Origin: Ascoidea asiatica JCM 7603
Lineage: Eukaryota; Fungi; Ascomycota
Reading direction: 5' to 3'
Assembly: GCA_001600695.1 (NCBI GenBank)
Contig: BCKQ01000001.1
Span: 847,014 to 911,013 of the forward strand
Length of the DNA: 64,000 nucleotides
Shown here: positions 37,072-49,400 of the stretch, piece after piece
How positions within the stretch are numbered: the first letter of the stretch is position 1
How the letters are laid out: each line of letters opens with the position of its first letter
Position numbers and translations under genes: made by a program
The notes under the pieces: generated by a model
What the model saw: only the letters and a program-made list of their open reading frames with translations
What the model was told of the DNA's origin: nothing
The model's database searches: none

Positions 37072-37974
37072 CTATATACGTATTGGTTCCTGTAGAAGAT
37101 GACCCATTTTTCTAATTTTCGTCCTTAGATAACCATCAATTTCTTTTGAATGAATTCCATGTTTATGTAGTGTATTATCATTATCATTATCATTATCATT
37201 ATCATTATCTTCTTTTTCTTCATCTTCTTTCCAAGCTAATGGAATCATTGGTATTCTTTCAACAACTTCAATTTGATTTTGATTACCTTGAATATCTTTA
37301 ATTTTATCAGGATTATTTGTTAATAATTTAATTTTAGATATATTTAAATCTAATAAAATACTTGTAGCAATTGAAAAACTTCTTTTATCAGCAGGATGAT
37401 TTAACATCAAATTTGCTTGAATTGTATCTGCACCTAAATCTTGTAAATTATAAGCTTTTAATTTTTCTCCAAGTCCAATACCTCTACCTTCTTGTCTTAA
37501 ATAAATTATAATACCATGACCAATTTTACTCATTAATTTTCCAGCTTCATCAAATTGTTCACCACAATCACATCTCGCAGACCATGCAGTTTCTCCTGTA
37601 TAACATTCAGAATGAACTCTAACTAATAATGAATTATTTGAATCATAACAATTATTTGATTTTGAAATTATTAAATCACCATTTAAATTAAATTTTAAAG
37701 AATTATTATTTAAATTATCAAAATCTGCATTTTTTCTATTTGGTGATAATTTTCCAATATATGCACCTCTAATCATTCTATCAGATTGATTATCATTTTT
37801 TTTAAATTTAAATAATGTTTTACTTCTTATATCTTCACCAAATACTATAGCTAAATGTTCTTTATTATCTATATTATTTTTATATAAATGTAAAAAAATA
37901 TCAACTCCATTTATTGTTGGAATTCTTGCTCTTGCAATACATTCAACTATTGGTAATTCTTCTGATACACTCAT
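37072..37974 (-). CDS. RIB1: GTP cyclohydrolase II
   Basis: VRVHSECYTGETAWSARCDCGEQ, YLRQEGRGIGL, LLTNNPDK and KMGH. Confidence 0.97.
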   Translation of the reverse strand: MSVSEELPIVECIARARIPTINGVDIFLHLYKNNIDNKEHLAIVFGEDIRSKTLFKFKKNDNQSDRMIRGAYIGKLSPNRKNADFDNLNNNSLKFNLNGDLIISKSNNCYDSNNSLLVRVHSECYTGETAWSARCDCGEQFDEAGKLMSKIGHGIIIYLRQEGRGIGLGEKLKAYNLQDLGADTIQANLMLNHPADKRSFSIATSILLDLNISKIKLLTNNPDKIKDIQGNQNQIEVVERIPMIPLAWKEDEEKEDNDNDNDNDNDNTLHKHGIHSKEIDGYLRTKIRKMGHLLQEPIRI

Positions 37975-38798
37975 TTTTATATTATTAATATTGAAATTTA
38001 GTATATAAAATGAAAAAAAGCCTAAGTTTACTATACAGAGATTTTCTTGAAGTATTATATATATTTATATATTTATATATAAATTATGGTATTATTGAAA
38101 TAAGTTAAGTTTTATACTAGTACTTTAATTTCTTTTATATTTTCTTTATATGTCTTTTATATGTCTTTTATATGTCTTTTATGTCTTATAAATTACTTTT
38201 ATTTTCACATAACACTGAGAAGATGAATAATTCATTAATAATACAAATAGAAATACAGCTTTAAGATATCGAATTAGCAGTCAGTGATCACTGTGATGAA
38301 TATCAGCAGCTCCATTACCATACTATTATTAATAATTGTAATAATTGTTATGCGATTACCCGAGAGGAGCAGATGCCCGCCAATGACCAAGGATTGATAC
38401 CCCAAAGTGCGGATTTTACTGTTTTCCGTATTACATAATCTATTATGTAATTTATGAAAAAATAAAATAGAAGACCCAAATTACTGGCGACAAATAAATT
38501 ACCAAATCGATATTTTCAATTAATGCTGACTAAGCACTGAATAAGCCATATAATATATTTCAACCAACCAGAAGATTGTAAAATCTAATCTTTTTTAAAG
38601 TACTAACAATAATCAATAATCAATAATCAATAATCAATAATCAATAATCAATACTCAATTAACAGAGGTTATCTAGTAAGATATTAAAGATATAATTATA
38701 TCAAGAAGTGTGAATTGAAAATTATATTGTCATCAGTAGAAATTACAATAACAATAACAATAACATTAACGTTATTAATAATTTTCTATTAATTAAAA

Positions 38799-39944
38799 AT
38801 GTTTAAATATAATAATATACAAATTTTACCAAAAATTATTTCAAATTCAAGATCTTTATATACTAATGTTTTAAAAAGTGATATTAATATTACAAAAAAT
38901 GGTAAAACTAATATTACTATTGGTAGTGGAGGTAGATCATCAAGAACAGGATATACAGTAACAGTATTTGGTTCAACTGGATTTTTAGGACGTTATTTAG
39001 TTTCAAAATTAGCAAGACATGGTACAATTACAGTTTGTCCATCAAGAGATGAAATGAAAAGAAGATTTTTAAAAGTTACAGGAGATTTAGGTGTTGTTAA
39101 TTTTATGGAATTTGATTTAAGAAATATTAAATCTATTGAAGATTCTATTAAACATTCAGATATTGTATTTAATTGTTTAGAAGCTGATTATCATACTAAA
39201 AATTTCTCAATGGCTGATGTTAATATTGAAGGTGCAAAAAGAATTTCAAAAATTTGTAAAGAATTTGAAATTCCAAGATTAATTCATCTTTCAACATATA
39301 ATGCAAATCCAAATTCAAAATCCATTTATTATGCTACAAAAGGTATTGGAGAAGAAGTTGTTAAAGAAGAATTTCCAACAGCAACAATTGTTAGACCATC
39401 ACCAATGTTTGGTAGAGAAGATAATATTTTAAGAATTTGGGGTAATAGAGCTTCAATATTTACATATAATAATAATAATAAAAAAATTTATCCAACTCAT
39501 GTTTTAGATGTTGCAAAAGCTTTAGAAATTATTGGATTTCAAGATTCAACAGAAAATGAATTATATGAATTAATTGGTAATAAAAAATATACAAAAAATG
39601 AAATTAGAAAATTATTATCAGAAACAACAAAACAAAAATATGTTAATATTGATATACCAAAAAATATTGGTATATCATTATCAAAATTATCACAATATTT
39701 ATATTGGAATACAACAAATCCAGATCAAATTGAAAGAGAATTTATTAATCAAATTATTCCAGAAAGTTTAATTACTCAAGGTAAAATTAAAACTTATAAA
39801 GATTTAGGTATTGAACCAGATAATTTAACAGATCATTTATATAAATATACTCATCAATTTAGAAATTATTTACATTCACATGATTTACCACCAAGTGAAA
39901 AAGAAATAAGAGAAAGAAAAAATTATATTCATGTTGTTGATTAA
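38799..39944 (+). CDS. Complex I 39/40-kDa subunit (NDUFA9/NUEM)
   Basis: GSGGRSSRTGYTVTVFGSTGFLGRY, LKVTGDLGVV and IVRPSPMFGRED; presequence-like N-terminus. Confidence 0.95.
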   Translation: MFKYNNIQILPKIISNSRSLYTNVLKSDINITKNGKTNITIGSGGRSSRTGYTVTVFGSTGFLGRYLVSKLARHGTITVCPSRDEMKRRFLKVTGDLGVVNFMEFDLRNIKSIEDSIKHSDIVFNCLEADYHTKNFSMADVNIEGAKRISKICKEFEIPRLIHLSTYNANPNSKSIYYATKGIGEEVVKEEFPTATIVRPSPMFGREDNILRIWGNRASIFTYNNNNKKIYPTHVLDVAKALEIIGFQDSTENELYELIGNKKYTKNEIRKLLSETTKQKYVNIDIPKNIGISLSKLSQYLYWNTTNPDQIEREFINQIIPESLITQGKIKTYKDLGIEPDNLTDHLYKYTHQFRNYLHSHDLPPSEKEIRERKNYIHVVD

Positions 39945-40101
39945 ATAATTAACATTATTTATATCTTTATTTATATTAATATATAATAAATATCATAAAT
40001 AATTCAATATATATTCTAATGAAATACTGAATAAATCAAAGTAAATAATTTTATATTTAATTTATATATAATCCAATTCATTTTATTTTTTATATAAATA
40101 A

Positions 40102-40440
40102 TTAAAAGAAAAGACGAATTAATTCTAATATAGCACCACCTATTACTAAAAAAACAATTAAAGCTATCCAAGTCATTGATAATGGAAATTTTTTCTTAAT
40201 TAAAGGTTTTGGTTTACCCATTTTTTTATTTTGTTTATTATAAAATTTTGCATTTGCAGCTTTTTGTCTTGGAGTTTGAGGTACTGGTTTTGCCTGAAAT
40301 TAAAAAAAAATAAAAGAATATAAAAATATGAAATTTAAAAAATTATTAATTGTTAATATTGTCTCGGATTTAATTATTTATTATTGACTTGAGATCTAAT
40401 GAAATTAATAGATAAAATTTATGAATTGAAAACTTACCAT
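40102..40440 (-). CDS. YSY6: Ysy6/RAMP4 (SERP1) small ER membrane protein; exon 1 is the ATG (40438-40440), exon 2 is 40102-40293, 64 aa
   Basis: Intron 40294-40437 GTAAGT...CAG. Product MAKPVPQTPRQKAANAKF...MGKPK...FPLSMTWIALIVFLVIGGAILELIRLFF. Not in the ORF track. Confidence 0.92.
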
Positions 40441-40803
40441 TGTGAAATATTTGATAAAGATTATGAACAGGATTGAATTGAACAGGATTGAAATAAATTG
40501 AATTGAAATAAATTGAATTGAACTGAATTGAATTGAAATAAATTGAATTGAAGTGATAAAGATAGAAAGTATCAGATTATATTTATTAATAAATGTGATA
40601 TTTAAAAGATTGCAGATAATAACAATAATATAATAATAATAATATAATAATATCCTTTATTTTTCTTCTTTTGATCTGAAGGTCGAACAAGAGCTAAATC
40701 TCAACTGCCACATTATTTAGTTCCATTCATGTTACTATTGGTAATAAATACTATTTTAATACTATTTCTACCAGTGGAGTCTGAATCGATGACGCTCAGG
40801 GAC

Positions 40804-41070
40804 TGACGTGGCCGTGGAACAGCGACAGAAGAAAACCCAAAGAAACGGTGTGAAACATGTCATGCGCACGCATGAAACCAATCGTGTGGAACTTTTAATT
40901 TGGTCACGTTTACATTTGAATCCATTGATACGGGTCTTGTTTTTTATGTTACGTAATCATGCCAGTGGCTTTGTGTGGCAAGTGTGCTGCGCCCTTTGCA
41001 CGTGCTCCTCTGCTGTGGGCTTAACTGCTTGCGGGTTCAGCTTCGGCGCGATTTCGCGTTTGCGACGCGT
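40804..41070. promoter_or_regulatory. GC-rich YSY6/KTR divergent promoter: TGACGTGG (UPRE/CRE-like, 40804), TTACGTAA (40949), SCB-like TTTCGCG (41052), MCB ACGCGT (41065)
   Basis: Consensus matches read directly from the sequence. Confidence 0.5.
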
Positions 41071-41524
41071 GTTTTTTGACAGCTTCCGCTGCTTTTTCTC
41101 GTCTGTTTTCTGGTTCGTGATTCTGTTTTTGGAATTTCAATTTTTTCACTGATCTCATTACGCAGTAACCACTCAAATAAATAAAATACATTTATTTTCA
41201 ATCAATAAATATTCACTCCAATCTCTCTTCAAAATAATAATCATAATCATAATAATTATCTTTTTTATTCATCTCCATTTTCATTCACATCTTTTTTCAT
41301 ATATTTTCTTTTTTATATATATCCAATTAATATCCATTTCATATTATATCCATATTTTGTTCAATGATTCAAAAAAACCTTCAAATGATAAACTGAATCT
41401 AGACTCTTTCACCGTTAATATTTTACAAATTTCACCCAAGTAATAATAGTAAATAACGTAATCTTGGCAAATATATAAATATTGCAGATATACAAATAGG
41501 CAAATATACAAATAATTCTTTCAA

Positions 41525-42913
41525 ATGACAATAACTACGGATTCAAATTCTTTGATTTCAAAAATTAAAAATTTCTTTAATTCTAAAAAATTCAATATTT
41601 CAATAAATAAAAGAATAAAATATATAATTTTTACTATAATAACTTTAATTTTTTTATGTTCTTTCTTTTATTTAATTGAATTTAAATTTGATGATAAAAG
41701 TTATTTACCAATAAGTTATAATATGAAAAATAATCCAAATGATTCTATAAATAAATATTTATCTTCAAAAACTAATAATAACAATAACAATAATAATAAT
41801 AAAAACAATAACAATAATATTGAAAATATAAATGAACTTATAATTCCAGATAAAAATGATAAATCAACTTTATCAAAAGAAAATTATAATAAATTTTTTA
41901 ATTCAATTGATGATATTCAATATAATTTAATTAAACAAAATAAAGTTAATGCAACTTTTGTAACTTTAGCTAGAAATGAAGATATTTGGGGTTTAATTGA
42001 TGCAATTAGATCAATTGAAGATAGATTTAATAGAAAATTTCATTATGATTGGATTTTTTTAAATGATAAAGATTTTACAAAAGAATTTATAGATGCAACA
42101 ACTTCAATAGTTTCCGGAATTACAAAATATGGTAAAATTCCAAAAGATCAATGGTCAATTCCAGATCATATTGATCAAAAAAAAATGAAAAGAAATATGA
42201 GATTTTTAAAAGCTGCAAATGTACCTTATGGTAATTTATTATCTTATAGACATATGTGTAGATATGAATCTGGTTTTTTTTTTAGACATCCATTATTAAA
42301 TGATTATGATTGGTATTGGAGAATTGAACCTGATGTGAAATTTTTTTGTGATATAAATTATGATGTTTTTAAATTTATGCAAGATAATAATAAATTATAT
42401 GGTTTTACTATTTCTTTATATGAATTTAGACAAACTGTTAAAACTTTATTTAAAACAACAAAAAAATTTTTAAAAGAAAATCCAAAATTTTTAAATAAAA
42501 ATAATTTAATGAATTTTTTATCTGATGATGATGGTTATTCATATAATTTATGTCATTATTGGTCAAATTTTGAAATTGCAAATTTAAATTTTTTTAGATC
42601 TGAAGCTTATTTAAAATATTTTGATTATTTAGATAAAAATGGTGGGTTTTTTTATGAAAGATGGGGAGATGCACCAATTCATTCAATTGCAATATCATTA
42701 TTTGAAAATAAAAATAAAATTCATTTTTTTGATGATATTGGTTATTCTCATTCTATTTTCTCAAATTGTCCAATTAATGATCAATTTAGAAAAGATCATC
42801 ATTGTTCTTGTGATCCAGATACTGATTTTGCTTGGAGAGGTTATAGTTGTACTGGAAAATATTATGATGCTCAAAATTTAAAAAGACCTGATGGTTGGGA
42901 AAATTTTGTATAA
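41525..42913 (+). CDS. Alpha-1,2-mannosyltransferase, GT15 (KRE2/KTR/MNT family)
   Basis: Type II TM helix; NATFVTLARN, SYRHMCRYESGFF, YWRIEPD, YNLCHYWSNFEI and GFFYERWGDAPIHSIA. Confidence 0.96.
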   Translation: MTITTDSNSLISKIKNFFNSKKFNISINKRIKYIIFTIITLIFLCSFFYLIEFKFDDKSYLPISYNMKNNPNDSINKYLSSKTNNNNNNNNNKNNNNNIENINELIIPDKNDKSTLSKENYNKFFNSIDDIQYNLIKQNKVNATFVTLARNEDIWGLIDAIRSIEDRFNRKFHYDWIFLNDKDFTKEFIDATTSIVSGITKYGKIPKDQWSIPDHIDQKKMKRNMRFLKAANVPYGNLLSYRHMCRYESGFFFRHPLLNDYDWYWRIEPDVKFFCDINYDVFKFMQDNNKLYGFTISLYEFRQTVKTLFKTTKKFLKENPKFLNKNNLMNFLSDDDGYSYNLCHYWSNFEIANLNFFRSEAYLKYFDYLDKNGGFFYERWGDAPIHSIAISLFENKNKIHFFDDIGYSHSIFSNCPINDQFRKDHHCSCDPDTDFAWRGYSCTGKYYDAQNLKRPDGWENFV

Positions 42914-43023
42914 CTTGTAAAACTTGTAAAATTTTTATAACTTTAATATATCCTTATATTTATTCTATTTTATACTCCTAATGCATATAATAATATACAT
43001 ACATACCCATACTTATATAATAT

Positions 43024-45879
43024 TTATCGAAATGCTTCTTCAATTTTTGGTTTACTTGTTCCTGTATTTAATGCAGCCCTTTTCCTTGGTGGTAATTGAT
43101 TTTGAGATCCACTCTCATTTTGATTTTGAATTTCAGAATTTGAATTTGAATTCGAATTTGAATATAAATTACCAATTAATCTTTTTTTATACAATTGACT
43201 AACTTCAGTATTTGAATTAAATAGTTTAAAATCTTTTAATAATAATTTATCATTTAAATCTTGTTCTATAATATTAATATTCGATTCATCTCCTTTAATC
43301 CTTTTACCATTATTAAATAATCCTGTTGAATCTAAAATTTTAACTTCAAAAGATAATTTTTCTTTCTTCATACAATCTTTAAATAAATAAATTATATCTT
43401 TATCAAATATTTTTACTTTTTTACCTCTTCCAAGTCTTTTTTTATTTATAAAACATCCATTTGTACTTGAATCAATTAACCAAATATCATCTAAACCCTG
43501 AGCTGGTGATTCATATATACTATCTCCAACTTCATGTCTTTTTTTAATTATTAAACAATGAATTTTAGAAATTCTATATTCATCAATTATAAAATTTGAA
43601 ATTTCATTTCTACCAATTATAAATGGTTTATTTCCTTGATTTATATATATTGTAAAATCTTTAAATGAATGTTTTAATGATTTTAATTTTAAAAATGTTC
43701 CAATTGGTAATTTTTCTCTTTTTTCTTTCATCATATCTTTTTGTGATGATATTCCAATAAATTCTTTTTCTGAAAATGATTTATTTACTTCATTTTCAAT
43801 TGCTTCTGTAGAATTATTATTACGATTAGTTGTTCTTTCTGCCCTAAGATTTTTTACATATTCTTCAAGTTCCAAATTTGGCTCAAAAGATAATTGTTCA
43901 TTAAGATTTCCTTCAGAATTTTCTTCAATATCTGAAAGTTCATATGAATCACGATGTATCCTTCGTATTCGATCTATCTCTCTTAATTCATCTTCTGTTC
44001 CACGCAATTGAAGTGAAAAATTTGCTTTATCAATTTCTTCAATTTCTTCTTCTTTTTCATTCATTGAAGCTTTAACTTTATTAAAAGGAAGTTGTGGTTT
44101 TATAAATGTTGGTTTTTTAAACGTTTGAGATTTTTCATCAAAATTTTCTTTTCCCAGATTTGCATTAGATAAAGAAGAATTTAAATTATCTAAAGATACT
44201 TGATTTTCAATTCTTTGTTGATTTGATTGAGATTGAGAAAGTGAGACTTGAGAATTTGACATTTTTATCCAAGGATGATTTAAAGCTTCGGTTGCAGTTA
44301 ATCTTTTTAAAGGATCAACTTGAATTAAAGATTCAATAAAATCTTTAACCTCATCAGAAACGTCAGCTTCTCTTAATGGAGCATCATGATAAGTTCCTGC
44401 AGCAATTTTACTAAAAAGATTTTCTTGACTACCACCACTAAATGGTAAATGAGCAGTTATAATTACATATAATAAACAACCTAATGACCACATATCAACT
44501 AAGCATGAATAAGCAATTTTTTTTGCATTTGATTGTTTTTTAAGACTTTTTCTACCAGAAACAACTTCTGGTGCAACATAAGCCAAAGTTCCACAAAATG
44601 TTTTCATTTTTGTATTATTATCAGACATTTTTGCTAAACCAAAATCAGTTATTTTTACAATAGTTGGATCATCTTGAGCTATTAATATATTATCAGGTTT
44701 TAAATCTCTATGACTAATGCCTAAAGCATGAACATATTCTATAGCTTCAAGAATTTGTTTTGTAATTTCTCTTGCAGCTTCTTCGCCAACCGCACCATGA
44801 GCTGCAACAAAATCCATTAAATCACCACCTGGAACATACTCCATAACTAGATAATATGAATCTTTATCTTGATAAAATCCTTTTAATTTAACAATATTTG
44901 GATGATTTAATCTACCTAAAATTTTTAATTCTCTCGAGACTGCTAATTCATTACCAGCAATTTTTCTTTTTGAAATAATTTTAACAGCAAAAATTTTACC
45001 AGTTGATCTCTCAATAGCCTTTTTAACAGTTGCAAAGGCACCTTGACCAACAATTTCATTCATTATTGTAAAATATTTGAAAATTCCATTATTATTTTTT
45101 TCTTCTGCAATTCTATGCTCAACTTTTGAATATTCTGATGGAAACATTATAATAAATTTTATTGTATCTTCTTGAACACCAATTCCAACAGATATTTCAT
45201 CACCATGATTTAAAACATAATTTTGTCCTTTCACAACTCTCAGATTATTTATATAAGTACCATTTGTTGATAAATCTTGTAATAAAACATTATTTATATT
45301 CGAATACCAAATTTTAAAATGTTTATTACTTAATCTATTATTTGATCTTGGTAAAACAAAATCTGAGAATAAAGCTCTTCCAATTAAAAATGATTTTCGG
45401 TCTGATTTTTGTATAAGAAAATCTTTTAATCCACCTTGAGTGCATAATAATTTACAAACCAATCCATCGAATGAATTTTTTGCAATTTCAGCTTCTATTC
45501 GAGCATTATTGGGTTGTGTAGCTTGGGTAGCCTGTGTCGCTTGACTTGGTTGAGAAGGTTGACTAGGCTGACTAGGTTGATTAGGCTGTTTTACTTGTTT
45601 TGACTGGTTTGGTTGATTTGGTTGATTTGATGGATTTGATGGATTTGATGGATTTGATGGACTTGGTTTATTTAGCTTATTTGGTTGTTCTGGATAATTA
45701 TGAACTCCAATGGTTATCTCATTAACTTCATTGAGTTGGATATATTGATTAGGCTGATCAGGTCGATGAAGCTGATTAAGTAGAGCTGTATAACTTACAT
45801 TTGCTGGCAAACCCAAATTTTCAATTATGCTTTCACTTAATTCATCGCCATTCTCAAGTATATTAACCTTGTCTAACAT
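43024..45879 (-). CDS. RAD53: Checkpoint kinase Rad53 (SCD-FHA1-kinase-FHA2)
   Basis: FHA1 (IGR..RLSNKHF..DLSTNGT), kinase (VGQGAFATVKKAIER, ISHRDLKPDNILI, MKTFCGTLAYVAPE) and FHA2 (ESPAQGLDDIW). Confidence 0.97.
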   Translation of the reverse strand: MLDKVNILENGDELSESIIENLGLPANVSYTALLNQLHRPDQPNQYIQLNEVNEITIGVHNYPEQPNKLNKPSPSNPSNPSNPSNQPNQPNQSKQVKQPNQPSQPSQPSQPSQATQATQATQPNNARIEAEIAKNSFDGLVCKLLCTQGGLKDFLIQKSDRKSFLIGRALFSDFVLPRSNNRLSNKHFKIWYSNINNVLLQDLSTNGTYINNLRVVKGQNYVLNHGDEISVGIGVQEDTIKFIIMFPSEYSKVEHRIAEEKNNNGIFKYFTIMNEIVGQGAFATVKKAIERSTGKIFAVKIISKRKIAGNELAVSRELKILGRLNHPNIVKLKGFYQDKDSYYLVMEYVPGGDLMDFVAAHGAVGEEAAREITKQILEAIEYVHALGISHRDLKPDNILIAQDDPTIVKITDFGLAKMSDNNTKMKTFCGTLAYVAPEVVSGRKSLKKQSNAKKIAYSCLVDMWSLGCLLYVIITAHLPFSGGSQENLFSKIAAGTYHDAPLREADVSDEVKDFIESLIQVDPLKRLTATEALNHPWIKMSNSQVSLSQSQSNQQRIENQVSLDNLNSSLSNANLGKENFDEKSQTFKKPTFIKPQLPFNKVKASMNEKEEEIEEIDKANFSLQLRGTEDELREIDRIRRIHRDSYELSDIEENSEGNLNEQLSFEPNLELEEYVKNLRAERTTNRNNNSTEAIENEVNKSFSEKEFIGISSQKDMMKEKREKLPIGTFLKLKSLKHSFKDFTIYINQGNKPFIIGRNEISNFIIDEYRISKIHCLIIKKRHEVGDSIYESPAQGLDDIWLIDSSTNGCFINKKRLGRGKKVKIFDKDIIYLFKDCMKKEKLSFEVKILDSTGLFNNGKRIKGDESNINIIEQDLNDKLLLKDFKLFNSNTEVSQLYKKRLIGNLYSNSNSNSNSEIQNQNESGSQNQLPPRKRAALNTGTSKPKIEEAFR

Positions 45880-46268
45880 GAGAAATATTTTATTAAGGAT
45901 GTTTTCATCCTACTCTAGTTCATATGTATTTTTGATTTTATATTTTTGTGAATAAGCAATCAGTTCTTCTTCGATATTTTGATTAGCAAAAGAGTGACTA
46001 GTTTGATGGTTTATTGAAATACAGATAATATCTGAACAGGACCTCAATTAATCAATTATTGATTCTTCTTTGAGATTTAATGGTGATAAATATAATGATG
46101 ATGGTAATTATGAATATAGATATGATCCTGTGTCTGATTGTTGAACAGTCAATATTAAATATTGGCCTCCATCAATTATTTCTTTCACAGTTGCAAATTT
46201 CGGTTTTAGATTTTTCCAAATCTTTGCTCTGATTCCAAAGTAAAAAAAGAAAAAGCCAAAAATCCCAG

Positions 46269-46297
46269 ACGCGTCAAAATTGCTTCTCGCGACGCGT
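46269..46297. promoter_or_regulatory. Two MCB elements (ACGCGT) upstream of RAD53
   Basis: GACGCGTC palindromes with ACGCGT at 46269 and 46292; consistent with MBF/G1-S control. Confidence 0.7.
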
Positions 46298-46493
46298 CGG
46301 AGCTTGCCAAAAAAATTAAATCGGCTGGTGCACCGCAAAACATAAAAACGGAAATTTCCAGGGGCTGACACAAAAAAAGGTTTTACCGAAATTCTATTTT
46401 TTTGTGTATTTAAATCAGATTCCAAGAACTTTTTATTTATTTTATTTGTTTTTATGAAATATTTAGTTTAGTCTATATAAATTAGATTGTTCA

Positions 46494-49400
46494 TCATTTG
46501 AAACATGAGAATGTGGTAGAACTACTTTTGACATTGCTTTCCACTAGTCTTCTGACACTTTCAATGATAACTTTTGGATCAGTTTTTGATCTCATTATTG
46601 AATTGTAAATTGTGTCTAAATCTCTCAATGATTTGGAACTGAATCCATATTTACTACTTCCATATGTATTATCAAAAATAATTTTCAAAAATTCAATATC
46701 TGAAGAAATTTGTTGAAATCCAGATACTGAAAATTCATTAACATTACCAATTTCTTCCAATAATGTACCTGTAATATATTCTTGTAATTCTTTCATAATT
46801 TTTGGTATTAAATCTTTTGAAATTAAGACTATTGATGAATGAATCATAATTAAGTATGTCAAAGATTCATAAACAAAATTACTAATTTTTTTAGGAGGTT
46901 GATTATTTTTCCAATTAAAACTACGTACCCCGGTTTTAATGATTTCACTTAGATTTTCTTTTTTTTCATTACAATAACTACTAAATATTTTTTCTTCCAT
47001 TAATGATAATTGTGGCCAAATAGTTAATGATTTACCACTTAAATTTATATTAAAAATAGAATCATAACTTTTTACAATTCCAGGTACAATTTCTTTACTT
47101 AATTGTGATAAATTATTCATACATAATAATTTGATCAAATCTCCTGCAATATTTTCATTTTGAGTATGAATTTCAAATAATTTAGATAATCCATCCGATT
47201 GATTTTCAACTTTATTTAAATTATTTGATTTTTTAGAAATTTCATTAATATTTTTAGATAATCCTTCTAATAATAATTTTAAATTAGATGAAAACATACT
47301 ATGAACGCCAACTAATGTTTCTCTTGAAGGGTATGAAATTATTCTAACATCATTATCAAAATTTAAATTATCCAATTCATCTGTTGATCTATTTCCAGTT
47401 CCATATAATAGTTTTTTATCTTGCTCAACTTTTTTTGAAAGATAATCTTGAATATATAAAACATTTTTTATACTAATCATCATTAAATTTTCATAATCAC
47501 GTATTACTTTTGGAATTGTAATCAAAGAATTTAAATCTCCATCTGAAGATTCAAGACTCAGAAATCTTAATAATGATATTGATAAAAGTCTTTCATCGAT
47601 AATATTAAAAGATGATGAATCGTTAACCCAAGTCGAACATATAGCTTCAATAATTAATCGAACTATATTTAAATGAGTATTTCTTAAAATTTCAACTGTA
47701 TTTTTAATCTTAATATTACCTAATTTTATAAAACTTGCAGAAATTGAAATTAAAAATTTTTTTAAATATCTAACTGTACCAATAGAATTTGCAAAAGGTG
47801 GTAAAAATCCATAATCATCAGGTTTACGAACTTTAAAGACTTCATTAACTTTCAATCTATCAAAAGAATTTTTTTTAAATAGAATATTTGAAAGATTTTT
47901 TTGAGATGAATTAAAGAAACTTTGTAAATTTATACAAATTAATTTAATCAAATTTTCTCCATTTTTTTCAATATTCTGAATTTCATAGCTTTGTAAAATT
48001 AAATGAGCTTCAGATTCATTTTTATATCCTTTTGGTAAAGTTAATTGAATTTTATTTTCAATGAATAATCTACATTGTGCCCAAAATAAAATAATTCTAT
48101 TTGATTCTATTATCACAATATCATCAATTAATCTTTTTATTACTAACCACATTTCAGTTATATGAGTAGAATCAACTAAACCGTGATTGAAATTATTTGT
48201 TCTTTCACTAATTGAATTTGACTTTGAACTATCGTTATTGTTCAAATTATTATCCGACTTATTATTGTCATTACTATTTTTGTTATTTTTATTATTATTA
48301 TTATTATTATTATTGTTTTTATTATTATTATTTTCATTTTCATCATTTTCATCATTTTCATCATTATTTTTATCATCAGATCTTGATAAAAATTGAATAA
48401 ATGAAACATCAGTTGAATTGGTTGTATTTAAAATAGTTTTTTGAAAAGTTATAATTTTTTTTAATAATTTTTCAAAATTTTCATTAATCTCATCATAAAT
48501 TGAATTATATTGAAAATCAATCCAAGCAGTTATTGGATTATCTTCAACACCTAATTCTAATAATTTTGATATTAAACTTATATGACTACTATCGCTTAAA
48601 GTTGTTTTAGCTAAAGCATCCCAGGTATCTTTTTTATAACTGTCAACAATTGCTTCAACTTCTTCCCAAATTCTATCTAAAACTCTTTGTGATTGATCAT
48701 TAGTTATAGAATAAGGATCATTAGTTCCAGAAATTCCTACATCCTTCTCATTATCACTATTGTTGTTATTATTAATATTACTATCCAAATCAAGATTTGT
48801 ATTCGAAGGAACTCTTGAGACATTTCTTGAAACATTTCTTGATGGATTCCTTGAATTATTTCTTGAACTATTTCTCGATAAAGATTCTAATAAAGGAGAT
48901 TGAGATAAAGGATTTCCATTTAAAGAAGAATTTGATATAAAATCTCTACCTTTTTTATAATCTTGTATAAGTGATTCATAATCATTATTTTCTATATGAT
49001 TTAATAAGGTTTTGGGTAAATCAAATAAATATCTATTTTTTTCAACAAATTTTAAAGCAGATTTTATATGTTGTTCTTTTTGTTTATTATCAATTATTGG
49101 TTTTATGATTGAAGAAACTTTTGAATTTGAAATATTTATAGTTTCTTTCAATGACATTAATTCCGTTTTTTTTTTTTCTTTTATATTTTTAGTATTATTT
49201 TTATTATTATTAAGTAAATAATCATTATCTGAATTTTCACTCAAACCAGAATTAATAAATTCTTCAAAAACTCTATCTAAACTTGATTTAACTTTAACAA
49301 ACTTAGCAAACTCATTTTCAACTAAATATTGTAATTCTTGAGATTGTTTAGCAATTGAAGATTCTAAATAATCTAAAGATTTATTCAATTGATTGAAAGA

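Noticed and set aside
38578-38665. Possible 5'-UTR intron of NUEM (TACTAAC at 38601, downstream CAG)
   Set aside because: No convincing donor at a workable distance; needs RNA-seq.
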